Assembly: GCA_048571215.1 (NCBI GenBank)
Contig: CP182352.1
Span: forward strand, 864,001 to 928,000
DNA length: 64,000 nt
From: Halarcobacter sp.
GTDB taxonomy: Bacteria; Campylobacterota; Campylobacteria; Campylobacterales; Arcobacteraceae
Direction: 5' to 3'
Shown here: piece by piece, positions 41,384 to 51,667 of the stretch
How the letters are laid out: every line of letters begins with the position of its first letter
Position numbering within the stretch: the first letter of the stretch is position 1
Position numbers and translations under genes: made by a program
Notes under the pieces: model-generated
Databases searched by the model: none
What the model saw: the letters and a program-made list of their open reading frames with translations, nothing else
Told to the model about the DNA's origin: nothing

Positions 41384-41401
41384 TGAAAGGAGAATTATGA
41401 T

Positions 41402-42178
41402 ATGAAAATTAAGCATATAAATTTTGGATGGCTTCATGCCCCGCCATTTCCACCTGCATGTTGTCACTGTCTTATGATAACAGATGGTGATCGTGTTGTT
41501 TTAGTTGATTCTGGAATTGGGCTTAAGGATATAGAAGATCCGGTCAATCGTATTGGTCAGGAGGCTATTGATGATGCAGGTTTCAAATTTCTACCGGAAG
41601 TAACAGCAGTGAAACAACTAGAAAACCTTGGCTACAAACCAGAATCAGTAACAGATATTATACTAACACACTGTGATCACGACCATGTAGGTGGTCTTTC
41701 TGATTTTCCCAAAGCACAAGTTCATCTCTCTACAGAGGAGTTAGATAATTTAAGAGCTGAAAATCCACGATATAATTCTGCTCAGTTTTTGCATGGACCA
41801 AGATGGAAAGAGTATGCTAAAAATGACGCATATGTTTTGGGATTACCTTCGCGTATTGTATCCACTTCAATCAATGCAGAGATTCATTTGGTTCCATTAT
41901 TTGGACACACTTTAGGGCATTGTGGTGTTGCAATCAAAACAGTTGATAGCTGGTTACTTCATGTGGGAGATGCATATTATCTTCGACTAGAACTATCTGA
42001 CTCTACTAATCCTGTTAATGAGTTGGCATCTATGCGTGCGGATGATGATGAATTACGAAAAAAATCACTAACCATATTGCGTTCTTTGGATGATAACAAT
42101 CCTTTATTAAATATGGTGGGCTACCATGATATCACAGAGTTACCGGATGATATTCCTTTGTTGTCTGACTTGACATAA
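41402..42178 (+). CDS. MBL-fold metallo-hydrolase
   Basis: LVDSG, THCDHDHVGG, GHTLGH, GDAYY and GYHD. Confidence 0.9.
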   Translation: MKIKHINFGWLHAPPFPPACCHCLMITDGDRVVLVDSGIGLKDIEDPVNRIGQEAIDDAGFKFLPEVTAVKQLENLGYKPESVTDIILTHCDHDHVGGLSDFPKAQVHLSTEELDNLRAENPRYNSAQFLHGPRWKEYAKNDAYVLGLPSRIVSTSINAEIHLVPLFGHTLGHCGVAIKTVDSWLLHVGDAYYLRLELSDSTNPVNELASMRADDDELRKKSLTILRSLDDNNPLLNMVGYHDITELPDDIPLLSDLT

Positions 42179-42232
42179 GGTATTGTTTAAAAGGGGATAG
42201 GTTGACGCCTACCTCTTAGCATAGTGTTAGAA
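42173..42232 (+). other. Degenerate attC-like site
   Basis: ACATAAG (R''-like, mutated) at the stop; GGGGATAGG / CCTACCTC stem; ends GTTAGAA. Confidence 0.4.
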
Positions 42233-42294
42233 GATAAAATGAAAGTGCACCCAAAGAATGAATCTTCACTTTTTGTATAGTAAAGAAAAGTTGT

Positions 42295-43818
42295 TTATAA
42301 AATACTCTTTGGAACTACTCTTCTAATTTTTACTTTGACTCTTTTTACCAAATCTACTTTACTATCTGGGTTCCATTTTAGAGATATTTTCCAAGCATTT
42401 TCTTCTTTCATCTCTTCTGAGATTCCAGCTTTAATCTCTTTTGCTATTTTTTCAGAAGGGATAATTACAAAATTTTCTGTGTTTAGGTTTGCACTTTTTG
42501 GATCGATATTATATGTTCCAATCACACTTATTTCATCGTCAACAACCATTGATTTTGCATGTAATCCAAATATTGGAGCTTTTTTTAGTTGGTCTTGCAT
42601 TACTTCTGACATGATTTTTTGTCTTATTTTTGCATCAGGTTTAAACTCATATATTTCAATTCCTGTTTTAAGTAGCTCTTCTCTATCCCTTTGGTAGCCA
42701 TTGAAGGCTTCAAGGTTATCTGTAGAGGCTAAGCTATTAGTCAAGATTTTTATTTTAATTCCTTTTTGTGTAAGAGCTTTTAATATTTTTCTTGTCTTTT
42801 TAGTAGTTATTAAATAGGGACTTTGAATATACACAGATTTTTTACTTGATTTTAATAATGAAATAAGTCTATCTGTAGATACTCCTCCCCCTGCTAAAAA
42901 TTTATTTGCAGTATTTTTCCCTGGAATATCTGATATATACTCAACATTGTCAAGCCATTGTATTTTTTTCTCTTCTTGGATTTCTTTAATAGCTTTAGGA
43001 ATATCGTTTATTTTTTTTCTAACAGAGGGGACAAAATTTTTTGGATTGCAAGCATATTCATTAAGTTTTGTAAAAATTGGTGTTTTAGTTTGGGTATTTT
43101 TACTTTTTATTAAATCTTCCACATTTACACTTAAACTATTTTGCCAAAACTCATTAAAAGAGTCTTGTATTTTTTTTGTAATGCCTCCTACTAATAAAAC
43201 ATCTCTATCACGAAAATTATATTTGTGGTCATATCCAAAATACTCATCTGCAATATTTCTTCCTCCTGTAATTGAAACTTTACCATCAACTGTAAATGTT
43301 TTATTATGCATCCTCTGGTTTAGTTTATGAAAATCTGTACTTAGATTTATGATTTTATCAAAGATGTTTTTACCAATATTTGCCATGGGGTTATAGATTT
43401 TTATCTCAATATTTTTATGGGATGCTATTTTTAATAAGTCTTCACCACTAGCTTCAACCATAATATCATCTACAAGTACTCTAACCTTTACTCCTCTATT
43501 TGCTGCTTGGATTAAATAGTTTGTAGCTATTAAACCTATATTGTCAGTTGAAAAAATAAAATACTGTACATCAATAGTTTTTTGTGCTTTTTTTGCAAGC
43601 CATGCACGAGATAACATTGCTTCAATTCCCTGTTCTAATACATATACACCAGTTTTGTTTTTCATTTTATTTTCTACATCTTTTAGATAATAAGATAACA
43701 TTAAATCATCTTTCTTTGAAGTACAATTATCTATTGTGGAAGCAAATAAATTATTATTAAAAATAAAAAATGTAAGTATGATTATATATAGTTTGATTAG
43801 TTTAGTAAAAGTTTGCAA
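42295..43818 (-). CDS. Phospholipase D family protein (two HKD motifs)
   Basis: RMHNKTFTVD..GGRNIADEY and LHAKSMVVD..GTYNID; signal peptide. Confidence 0.9.
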   Translation of the reverse strand: MQTFTKLIKLYIIILTFFIFNNNLFASTIDNCTSKKDDLMLSYYLKDVENKMKNKTGVYVLEQGIEAMLSRAWLAKKAQKTIDVQYFIFSTDNIGLIATNYLIQAANRGVKVRVLVDDIMVEASGEDLLKIASHKNIEIKIYNPMANIGKNIFDKIINLSTDFHKLNQRMHNKTFTVDGKVSITGGRNIADEYFGYDHKYNFRDRDVLLVGGITKKIQDSFNEFWQNSLSVNVEDLIKSKNTQTKTPIFTKLNEYACNPKNFVPSVRKKINDIPKAIKEIQEEKKIQWLDNVEYISDIPGKNTANKFLAGGGVSTDRLISLLKSSKKSVYIQSPYLITTKKTRKILKALTQKGIKIKILTNSLASTDNLEAFNGYQRDREELLKTGIEIYEFKPDAKIRQKIMSEVMQDQLKKAPIFGLHAKSMVVDDEISVIGTYNIDPKSANLNTENFVIIPSEKIAKEIKAGISEEMKEENAWKISLKWNPDSKVDLVKRVKVKIRRVVPKSIL

Positions 43819-43857
43819 TAGTTAGTCCTTTTTTTGATTATACTTTTATTTTAATTA

Positions 43858-44301
43858 TTAGGCCTTGATACGCTCTTGTGAAATCTCATTTATTAATATT
43901 GGACTAGAAAAATCTGTTTGTTTATCTAAAGCTAAAGGAATTAGCCATTTAAGATTTGGGATAATATTATCAGGTAAATTATTGATTTTTACAATAACAA
44001 CTTCTTCTTTTTCAACTGTTTTAACTTGATAAGCAAGATCAGAATAAGCACAATATACATCTAAATCATAATAATTAGCACGATGAATTTTTGCATAACA
44101 AAGCCATTTATCACTTTTGATTGTAACACCTGTTTCTTCTTTAAACTCTCTAACCATAGCATCACAGGATAATTCATTTTCCTCTATTTTACCACCCACT
44201 CCATTCAATAAACCTCTTTGCCATTTTGGATTGATTTTTTTTATTAAAACTACTTGTTTCTTATCTTTTGAAAATAAAAAACCAGTTACATATTTTTTCA
44301 T
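43858..44301 (-). CDS. NUDIX hydrolase
   Basis: GGKIEENE...AMVREFKEETG Nudix box. Confidence 0.9.
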   Translation of the reverse strand: MKKYVTGFLFSKDKKQVVLIKKINPKWQRGLLNGVGGKIEENELSCDAMVREFKEETGVTIKSDKWLCYAKIHRANYYDLDVYCAYSDLAYQVKTVEKEEVVIVKINNLPDNIIPNLKWLIPLALDKQTDFSSPILINEISQERIKA

Positions 44302-44855
44302 ATTTTCACCTTCATATTATTTAGATATTGTTCTTTACTTATATTGTAGTACCAAGAAGTAACTTTTTTATTATTTAATAAATTTAATAACTTTTCTTTC
44401 TTAAACTTATAATAGAATCCACACTTTTCATTTACTCTTTTTGATTTTTCATTTTCTTCAAAGTGACTACACCAGATTAAATCAAGATTCATCTTTTTAA
44501 ATCCAATCTCTAATAAGCCATTTACAGCCTCAGGGATATATCCATTTCCCCAATAATCTGGATTTAGAGCAAATCCAATTTCTTTTTGATTTAATTTAAT
44601 ACAATTTTCATCAGATAAGCATAGATGAAGACCAATTGTACCAATAACTTTATTTTCAGATTTTAAAACTATAGCCAAAACATCATCATCTTTTATAAAC
44701 ATTTCTATGATTTTTTTACTATCATTTTCTGATTTATGAACAGGCCAACCAGCATTTGGTCCAACTAATTTATTTTTTCCATACTCATATAAATCTTTAT
44801 AATCACTAGTTACCCAATTTCTAAGGAGTAATCTTTTTGTTTCAATTTCTATCAT
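44298..44855 (-). CDS. RimJ/RimL-type GNAT acetyltransferase
   Basis: IETKRLLLR, YWGNGYIPEA and NEKSKRVNEKCGF. Confidence 0.9.
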   Translation of the reverse strand: MIEIETKRLLLRNWVTSDYKDLYEYGKNKLVGPNAGWPVHKSENDSKKIIEMFIKDDDVLAIVLKSENKVIGTIGLHLCLSDENCIKLNQKEIGFALNPDYWGNGYIPEAVNGLLEIGFKKMNLDLIWCSHFEENEKSKRVNEKCGFYYKFKKEKLLNLLNNKKVTSWYYNISKEQYLNNMKVKI

Positions 44856-45172
44856 ATTTTTCCCAAGATTTATTTTTAGTTTCTTTTAATTTTTTATGCA
44901 TTTTGAATTTTGACTTTGTTTATTAAAAAAATATTTTATCAATATCTAGCAATTGATTATATTAAAAGAATAATATATAATAAGAAATTATATAAAAAGG
45001 CAATCAATGAAATTAAAAGCTTTAGTAGAGAATTATAATGCCAAAAGGAATTGATAAAGAGGATTTGGATATTGTACATCAATTAGCACTTGATGTAGTA
45101 AATGCTACAATGCAAAATGACGATAATTTATATATTTCAAACAAAAAATAGGGAAGTTGAAATTGTTATTAT

Positions 45173-45523
45173 ATGAAAGGAAAAGTCATGAAATCAATTT
45201 ATACTGATGAATTGATCTCTATTACGGATGATGATATCACATTTTTTAATTATTATTTTCCAACATCTAAGAAAAAGGTAATTAAGATTTCAGATATCAA
45301 GAATATTACTCTTCTTAAGCCCACACTCAAAAATGGAAAGTGGCGAATTCATGGAACTGGTAATTTTAAAGTATGGTTTCCAAAGGATATTAATCGACCA
45401 AGGCGAGATAGAATTTTTAGAATCGCTTTAAAAAATCAATGGGTTGATATTGGATTTACGGTAGAAAATGCAGATTTAGTAGAAGAGATATTAAATTCAA
45501 AAAATCTGATTAAAAAAGATTAA
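45173..45523 (+). CDS. Hypothetical protein (PH-like beta fold possible)
   Basis: 116-aa ORF with an AAAGGA RBS before the second Met. Confidence 0.65.
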   Translation: MKGKVMKSIYTDELISITDDDITFFNYYFPTSKKKVIKISDIKNITLLKPTLKNGKWRIHGTGNFKVWFPKDINRPRRDRIFRIALKNQWVDIGFTVENADLVEEILNSKNLIKKD

Positions 45524-45551
45524 ATAATGGATAAAAATTTAAAGGATAGTT

Positions 45552-45902
45552 TTGAACGAAAATATAATCTATGTATTTATTGCATTAGCAGTTTTTATAG
45601 CTTATAAAAAGTATAGTCAATATAAAGTATTAAAACTTGTTCCATCTTTACTTTTAGAAGGTGGTCAAATTGTTGATGTTAGAAGTGTAGAGGAATTTGT
45701 CCCAGCTCATAAAGATGGAAGTATTAACATCCCCTTAGAGTCACTTAAAAATAAAATGAAAGAGTTAGACAATACTAAGCCTATAATTCTTTGTTGTGCC
45801 AGTGGTAGTAGAAGTGTATTGGCAAAGCGTATTTTATTGGCAAATGGATTTGAAAATGTTCATGATGCAGGAACTTGGAAATCTCTTTTAAAGTTTCAAT
45901 AA
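45552..45902 (+). CDS. Membrane-anchored rhodanese-like protein
   Basis: IVDVRSVEEF..H..GSINIP and CCASGSRS. Confidence 0.88.
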   Translation: MNENIIYVFIALAVFIAYKKYSQYKVLKLVPSLLLEGGQIVDVRSVEEFVPAHKDGSINIPLESLKNKMKELDNTKPIILCCASGSRSVLAKRILLANGFENVHDAGTWKSLLKFQ

Positions 45903-46249
45903 TGAAAATATCTTATCATCGTAGACGTAAAATCAAAACTAGAAGAATAGCCTTAAGGGATTTGATTTTACGAGGTATTAAAGAGCCAAAGGATTTAGCA
46001 AAAGAGTTGAATGTTACAGTTCCTACTATAAAAAGAGATTTGGAAGCACTTAAAACTATGAGTGAAGAAGATTTCACTTTTCAAACTAGACAAAGCTCTC
46101 AAGAGATACTTGATAAAAAAGATACTATATTAAAAATGTTGGATGATGAAGAGTATTATACTGAAAATGGTGATATAAATATATCAAAAATAACAACAGA
46201 ACTAAATACTTCTAGATCAACAGTTATGTCTGTTTTAAATGGTGAATAA
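45902..46249 (+). CDS. Small protein with two HTH-like motifs
   Basis: KDLAKELNVTVPTIKRDL and ISKITTELNTSRSTV; TAATG coupling to the upstream gene. Confidence 0.7.
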   Translation: MKISYHRRRKIKTRRIALRDLILRGIKEPKDLAKELNVTVPTIKRDLEALKTMSEEDFTFQTRQSSQEILDKKDTILKMLDDEEYYTENGDINISKITTELNTSRSTVMSVLNGE

Positions 46250-46254
46250 GCTTA

Positions 46255-46814
46255 ATGAATATAGTTTTAGTTTCAGATGTATTTGGCAAAACACCTGCTT
46301 TAGTAAAGTTAGGTGAAGAGCTAATACTACTGTTATCGTCGATCCATATGATGGCAAAAACATGGACTTTAAAAATGAAGCAGAAGCATATTCTTATTTT
46401 ATAAATAAGGTAGGACTTGATAAGTATTTGTCTAAATTATTGGAAGTAATTCCATCTATCTCTTTAGATACTATCTTGATTGGCTTTAGTGTCGGGGCTT
46501 CTGTGATTTGGAATTTATCTGCAAATCCATTAGTTAAGAGTATTAGTTGTGGAATTTGTTATTATGGCTCTCAAATTAGAAATTTTAAAGAGGTAAATCC
46601 TTTATTTGAAGTTGAGTTAATCTTCCCTAAAATGGAGACTCATTTTGATGTATTACAACTTCAATCTGAATTATCTAAAAAAGAAAATGTAAAAACTTCA
46701 AAAGTAGGCTACTTACATGGGTTTATGAATTTTTATTCAAGTAATTATAATAAAGTAGCCTATTGGGAGCAATTAAATTACTTGCGCTTAAAATTTCTTT
46801 TACCTTTTTATTAG
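46255..46814 (+). pseudogene. Dienelactone-hydrolase-like alpha/beta hydrolase, 1-bp frameshift near 46323
   Basis: MNIVLVSDVFGKTP...EEL shifts frame into TTVIVDPYDG...; GFSVGAS, YYGSQIR and HGFMN follow. Confidence 0.75.
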
Positions 46815-46862
46815 AGTTTTTTCATATAATGTATATTTTATAGGTATTATTTGGAGGTTTTT

Positions 46863-47147
46863 GTGATTTTTTATGAAAAAAACAATGAATTAGATTTGGA
46901 TATAGGAAATAAGCATATTGTACTTCAACGTCGTTATGAAGCAATAGGGGCTATAAATGATTTGTTTATTGCAATTTGGTTTTTAGTTGGGAGTATTTTC
47001 TTTTTGTATGATTCTCTTCTGCACGATGGAACTTGGTTATTTATTATTGGAAGTGCACAGTTTTTAATAAAACCTTTGATTAAAATAGTTAGTTTGATTC
47101 ATGTATCAAGAATATACAAAGAGGAACAAGAGGCTTATAAAAGTTAA
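46863..47147 (+). CDS. YrhK-like membrane protein
   Basis: RYE....NDL.IAIWFLVGSIFF..GTWLFIIGS.Q..KP; GTG start after GGAGG. Confidence 0.8.
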   Translation: MIFYEKNNELDLDIGNKHIVLQRRYEAIGAINDLFIAIWFLVGSIFFLYDSLLHDGTWLFIIGSAQFLIKPLIKIVSLIHVSRIYKEEQEAYKS

Positions 47148-47157
47148 ATACTAAAAC

Positions 47158-48654
47158 CTATATTGGTAAAATTATAAAAAATTTTGCACCTATATAAGTT
47201 TTATTATTAAAGTCTATATTTTCATTTTTTACAAGTATCTCCCCTGAAAAATGTTCATGAATGATTTTTGAACTCATATATAATCCTATTCCTGTACCTT
47301 GACTTTTGTGTTTTGTAGTAAAGTATGGGTCAAATATTTTATCAATAATTTCATCTTTAACACCACCTGCATTATCTTGTATTGTAATAGTTATTTGGCT
47401 ATTTTCTTTTAAAAATCTTATTTCTATTACTTTTTCTTCTATGTGGTTTTCATTTAATATATCTTTTGAATTGTTAAGAATATTTATAAAAACTTGACTT
47501 AATTCATTCATTACACCATCTATTAATAAATCATCATCAGAATGTACTATGTTTAGCGTAATATAATTATTTCTTAAAGATGCTAAGACTATATCAAGAG
47601 CTTTATTTAAAGAAGTCTCAATATTAAAATACTCTTTTTTATTACTATCATCTCTTATGTAATCTCTAAAATCATCAATTGTATTACTTAAATAGTTTGC
47701 ATATTTTATTACACTATCTGAGATTTCTTCTATCTCATTTTCTTCTATAAGGTTTAATTCTTTTCTTAGTCTTAAGCTACTCATTTGAACAGTAATAGAG
47801 TTTAAAGGTTGTCTCCATTGATGAGCAATATTATTAAGCATCTCACCAATTATAGCCATTCTTGATTGATGTTTAAGAAGAATATCTTGTTCGTGGTTTT
47901 TTTCTATTTGAGATTTTAACTTATCAAATAACTTTTTTTCTTTTTTATTTAAATGTTTTAAATCTACTATATTTTTTTCTATATTTTTTGCCATAAGATT
48001 AAAAGATTCTTGCAATTCAAAAGTTTCTTTGCTATCCCCTAAATCTATTCTTTGAGAATAGTCTCCATGGGCAATTGCATTTGCACTATGGGTTAATTTA
48101 ACTAAGTTTTTAATAATCCATTTACTTACAGTTATAAGTAAAATTGCTGACAAAATTAATTCCATTAATGCAATAATAATACTTCGAGTGATCATCTCTT
48201 TTTTTGCTTGTATATAAAATTTTGTGGAAAGACCCAAATAGACTTTACCTAAGGATTGTGAAAATAAGACTATAGGAATATTTGTATCAAATCTTGCATC
48301 TTTAAGTGATTTTTTACTAAAAGGGTTTACCTCTTTTTGTGGTAAATTTGAACAATCATTCCATCCAATAGTAGAGATACAATTATTTTGATTATCAACA
48401 ACTACCAAATAATCAATTGTAGAGATTTTTTTAGTCTCTTTCAAGATTGCATTAATTGTTGCATAATCCATTTGAACAAGAGGGGCTACTAAGGAACTTT
48501 TTAATAATATCTTCTGCTCGTTTAGTCTTATATTGGTTTGAGTAGATAGGTTTTCCTCTAGTTGTTCCACATTTTTTATTACCATTAGTGTGAGCATTAG
48601 ACTCTCAATTAATAAACTAGCAATTACCCACTTCCAAGATAAAGATAATCTCAT
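47158..48654 (-). CDS. HAMP-containing sensor histidine kinase
   Basis: Two TMs and HAMP; IAHQWRQPL, NILNNSKD, DNAGG, FDPYFTTK and GTGIGLY. Confidence 0.92.
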   Translation of the reverse strand: MRLSLSWKWVIASLLIESLMLTLMVIKNVEQLEENLSTQTNIRLNEQKILLKSSLVAPLVQMDYATINAILKETKKISTIDYLVVVDNQNNCISTIGWNDCSNLPQKEVNPFSKKSLKDARFDTNIPIVLFSQSLGKVYLGLSTKFYIQAKKEMITRSIIIALMELILSAILLITVSKWIIKNLVKLTHSANAIAHGDYSQRIDLGDSKETFELQESFNLMAKNIEKNIVDLKHLNKKEKKLFDKLKSQIEKNHEQDILLKHQSRMAIIGEMLNNIAHQWRQPLNSITVQMSSLRLRKELNLIEENEIEEISDSVIKYANYLSNTIDDFRDYIRDDSNKKEYFNIETSLNKALDIVLASLRNNYITLNIVHSDDDLLIDGVMNELSQVFINILNNSKDILNENHIEEKVIEIRFLKENSQITITIQDNAGGVKDEIIDKIFDPYFTTKHKSQGTGIGLYMSSKIIHEHFSGEILVKNENIDFNNKTYIGAKFFIILPI

Positions 48655-49488
48655 TTATTTATATAACCTTTTCATAGTTTTATCTACCATTGGGTCAAGA
48701 TCATCTAAATCTTTTTCTTCTATTTTTTTAAATCCTTCTAGTTTTGTAATCTCTAAATGTCTTTTGCCTTCTAAAGATTTTGAAAATGCATCTAATGCTG
48801 TTTCCCAATCTTCTAAAGTGATATCATTTATATCTTTTGCAAGATATATTCTACTTGGTTTTGGCTCGCTTTGATATATTACATGTACTAAGTCTTTATT
48901 TTTTTTTGTTATAAGTTTTATATAATTTGGTAAAGACATAATTATCATATCTGCATTATTGTTTAAAAGTATTGATATGGAACTATCTGTTGCACTTGTA
49001 TAGGTATATTTTATTTTTTCTCCATCTTCAAAGCCTTTTTTTGCTAACCAATCTTGTGCATCCAATGTTGGGAAAGAGACAGGATCTAAACCAATTACAT
49101 GAAATGGAGTCTCTTTGCTTTTTAAAATATTTTTATCGGTTGCTAAAAGAATAGTTGAAAGACCTTTTTTGTAAGTCATTATAGGTGTATAGCCGCCAAG
49201 CTTTTGAGAAAGAACTGCTAAATTAGGTGAAGTCAAAATCAAATCATAATAAGTTCCCATATTAGAACGTTTAGTAAATTCACTAAAGTTCTTTGCTGTT
49301 AAAATATGAACAGGTCTTTTAAAATAGTTTTCCAAAAAAAGTTTCAAATCTTGGTGGGATTGTAAAATAACTCTAGTTGATGAGTGTGGGGCAATACCAA
49401 TTTTGATTGAATTATCTTTGGCATGACAAAGGTTTAATATAAAAAAGATTGATAGAAGCAATAGTTTTAGTTTCATGTTATTATTCAC
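48655..49488 (-). CDS. PhnD/phosphonate-type periplasmic binding protein paired with the kinase
   Basis: Signal peptide; IGIAP...LENYFKRPV.I.TA.NF.EF....YDL..TSP pattern; no ABC permease nearby. Confidence 0.7.
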   Translation of the reverse strand: MNNNMKLKLLLLSIFFILNLCHAKDNSIKIGIAPHSSTRVILQSHQDLKLFLENYFKRPVHILTAKNFSEFTKRSNMGTYYDLILTSPNLAVLSQKLGGYTPIMTYKKGLSTILLATDKNILKSKETPFHVIGLDPVSFPTLDAQDWLAKKGFEDGEKIKYTYTSATDSSISILLNNNADMIIMSLPNYIKLITKKNKDLVHVIYQSEPKPSRIYLAKDINDITLEDWETALDAFSKSLEGKRHLEITKLEGFKKIEEKDLDDLDPMVDKTMKRLYK

Positions 49489-49716
49489 TTATAAAATATA
49501 ATATTATTATAACAAAAGATATTGATATATTAATTAATCAATTCTTTGAAAAATAAATTTTTATGTGTGTAATATAGTGTATTATCTATTTATATTGATT
49601 ATTTTTTAACTTTTTTAAAATTATAGCATATATATTAAAAATATAATTATTAGTTATTAAGTGGAGTTTTCATATAATAAATATTTTAAATTAATTATTT
49701 AGAATAAGGATAAAAA

Positions 49717-50115
49717 CTGAAAATAGATTCATATAATATTATCTCTGCTTTATTGGCATTTTTTATCTGGGGTATGTGGACTTATTTTATTAATATTAAT
49801 GCTACTAACACACTAACATCAGTTTTAACTCAAGGACTTTATAGCGCAATAATGACTCTTTGTATGGTATGTATTATTGATTATTTTTATAATCTTTTAC
49901 CTAAGAAAAAAATATATTTTATATTGCCCTCTGTTTTTACTGTTTTTATTACAAGTGGAATTATTATAGTTCTACATTATTTTATTCATACTTATGATAT
50001 TTTTAACACTGTGTTTCCAACAGTTATAGTTGCATTTTTATTTTCATTATACACAACAAAAAAAATTAAAGAAGGAAGAGCAAAATGTCTCATGAAGAAT
50101 CAAGAAGACCTTTAA
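49717..50115 (+). CDS. Hypothetical membrane protein, first gene of the lipid cluster
   Basis: Four hydrophobic segments. An in-frame CTG at 49717 lies 6 nt after AAGGA; the ORF track starts at TTG 49753. Confidence 0.6.
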   Translation: MKIDSYNIISALLAFFIWGMWTYFININATNTLTSVLTQGLYSAIMTLCMVCIIDYFYNLLPKKKIYFILPSVFTVFITSGIIIVLHYFIHTYDIFNTVFPTVIVAFLFSLYTTKKIKEGRAKCLMKNQEDL

Positions 50116-50732
50116 AAGTAAGAAGTACTGCTTGGTCAAAAAATATTGCAAGTTTTTTAAGTAAACAGAATATAACACCAAATCAAATATCACTAGCTAG
50201 TATATTTTTCTCAATTTTAGCATCGATTTGTATTTTATTAATTACCAAAAGTGAAACAAATACAAATATTTGGGTTTGGTCTATTTTATCGGCAGTATTT
50301 ATTCAAATGAGACTTTTATGTAACTTATTTGATGGTATGGTAGCTTTAGAAGGTGGTAAAAGTACAAAATCAGGTGAACTTTATAATGATATCCCTGATA
50401 GGGTATCAGATAGCATTTTATTTATTGCATTAGGATATAGTACTTCATATATAGAAATTGGTTATCTAGCATCTCTTTTTGCTATGATGACAGCTTATGT
50501 AAGGGTTTTGGGAGCTAGTATGAATGCTGGTTCTATTTTTATAGGTCCAATGGCAAAACAACATAGAATGGCTATTTTAACTATTTGTTCATTGATTACT
50601 CCTCTTGAAAATATGTTTATCGAGCACTCATATTATGTTTTATCTTTTGCTCTTTTTATTATTATGCTTGGCTCAGTATTAACTGTTGTAAATAGAGCAT
50701 ATAATATTTATAAAATTTTAGAGGCTAAATAA
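50085..50732 (+). CDS. CDP-alcohol phosphatidyltransferase family protein (YnbA-like)
   Basis: TPNQIS, NLFDGMVA..G...GELYND..DRVSD and GPMAKQHR. Confidence 0.9.
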   Translation: MSHEESRRPLKVRSTAWSKNIASFLSKQNITPNQISLASIFFSILASICILLITKSETNTNIWVWSILSAVFIQMRLLCNLFDGMVALEGGKSTKSGELYNDIPDRVSDSILFIALGYSTSYIEIGYLASLFAMMTAYVRVLGASMNAGSIFIGPMAKQHRMAILTICSLITPLENMFIEHSYYVLSFALFIIMLGSVLTVVNRAYNIYKILEAK

Positions 50733-50733
50733 A

Positions 50734-51666
50734 ATGTTTAATATAGCTCAAAATTCTCTTTATGCAATGATTGGTGTTATAGTTTTACTTGTATTATCAA
50801 CTTTAATATATATTTATAAAAGTTCAAAAAATAAGAAAAAAGATTTTACAGAACTAAAACTTCGTATACAATCATGGTGGTGGATGATAGGTATTATTTT
50901 TATTTCACTTAGTATTAGTAGAAATACTGCAATTGTATTTTTTGCATTTTTATCATTCTTAGCGTTAAAAGAATTTTTATCAATAGTTTCAATTAGACAT
51001 GTTGATAGAAGAGCAATATTTTGGGCATATTTAGCTATCCCTTTTCAATATTATTGGGTTAATTTGGAGTGGTATGGCATGTTTATTATTTTTATTCCAA
51101 TTTATTTATTTTTATTTTTGCCTATAAGACTTGTACTAATTGGTGAAACTGATGGTTTTATTCGTTCTGCAAGTATAATACATTGGTCTGCAATGCTTTG
51201 TGTTTTTAGTGTTAGTCATATTGCATATTTAATAGTATTGCCCTCACAAAATAATTTAGCTGGTCCAATTGGAGTTGTATTGTTTTTATTATTTATGACA
51301 CAGTTTAATGATGTTTCACAATATGTTTTTGGAAAAATGTTTGGTAAACATAAAATTATTCCTAAAGTTAGTCCAAATAAAACTTGGGAAGGTTTTCTTG
51401 GTGGTTTTTTTACTATTACTATTATTTCTGGCTTTGTTGCACCTCTTCTTACACCTCTTGATATGATATATGGTTTTATAGCAGGGATGATTATTTCAGT
51501 TGGTGGTTTTTTTGGTGATGTAGTTGTTTCAAGTATAAAACGAGATATAAAAATCAAAGATACGGGGACTCTGATACCTGGACATGGAGGTATCTTAGAT
51601 AGATTAGATAGTTTACTTTATACTGCACCTTTATTTTTTCATTTCATGTATTATGTGAGGTACTAA
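50734..51666 (+). CDS. Phosphatidate cytidylyltransferase (YnbB-like)
   Basis: NDVSQY..GK.FGKHK..PKVSPNKTWEG and IKRD..IKD.G..IPGHGG.LDR.DS. Confidence 0.92.
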   Translation: MFNIAQNSLYAMIGVIVLLVLSTLIYIYKSSKNKKKDFTELKLRIQSWWWMIGIIFISLSISRNTAIVFFAFLSFLALKEFLSIVSIRHVDRRAIFWAYLAIPFQYYWVNLEWYGMFIIFIPIYLFLFLPIRLVLIGETDGFIRSASIIHWSAMLCVFSVSHIAYLIVLPSQNNLAGPIGVVLFLLFMTQFNDVSQYVFGKMFGKHKIIPKVSPNKTWEGFLGGFFTITIISGFVAPLLTPLDMIYGFIAGMIISVGGFFGDVVVSSIKRDIKIKDTGTLIPGHGGILDRLDSLLYTAPLFFHFMYYVRY

Positions 51667-51667
51667 G

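Noticed and set aside
45008..45151. Possible gene remnant (MPKGIDKEDLDIVHQLALDVV...)
   Set aside because: Too short to assign a family or boundaries without a search.
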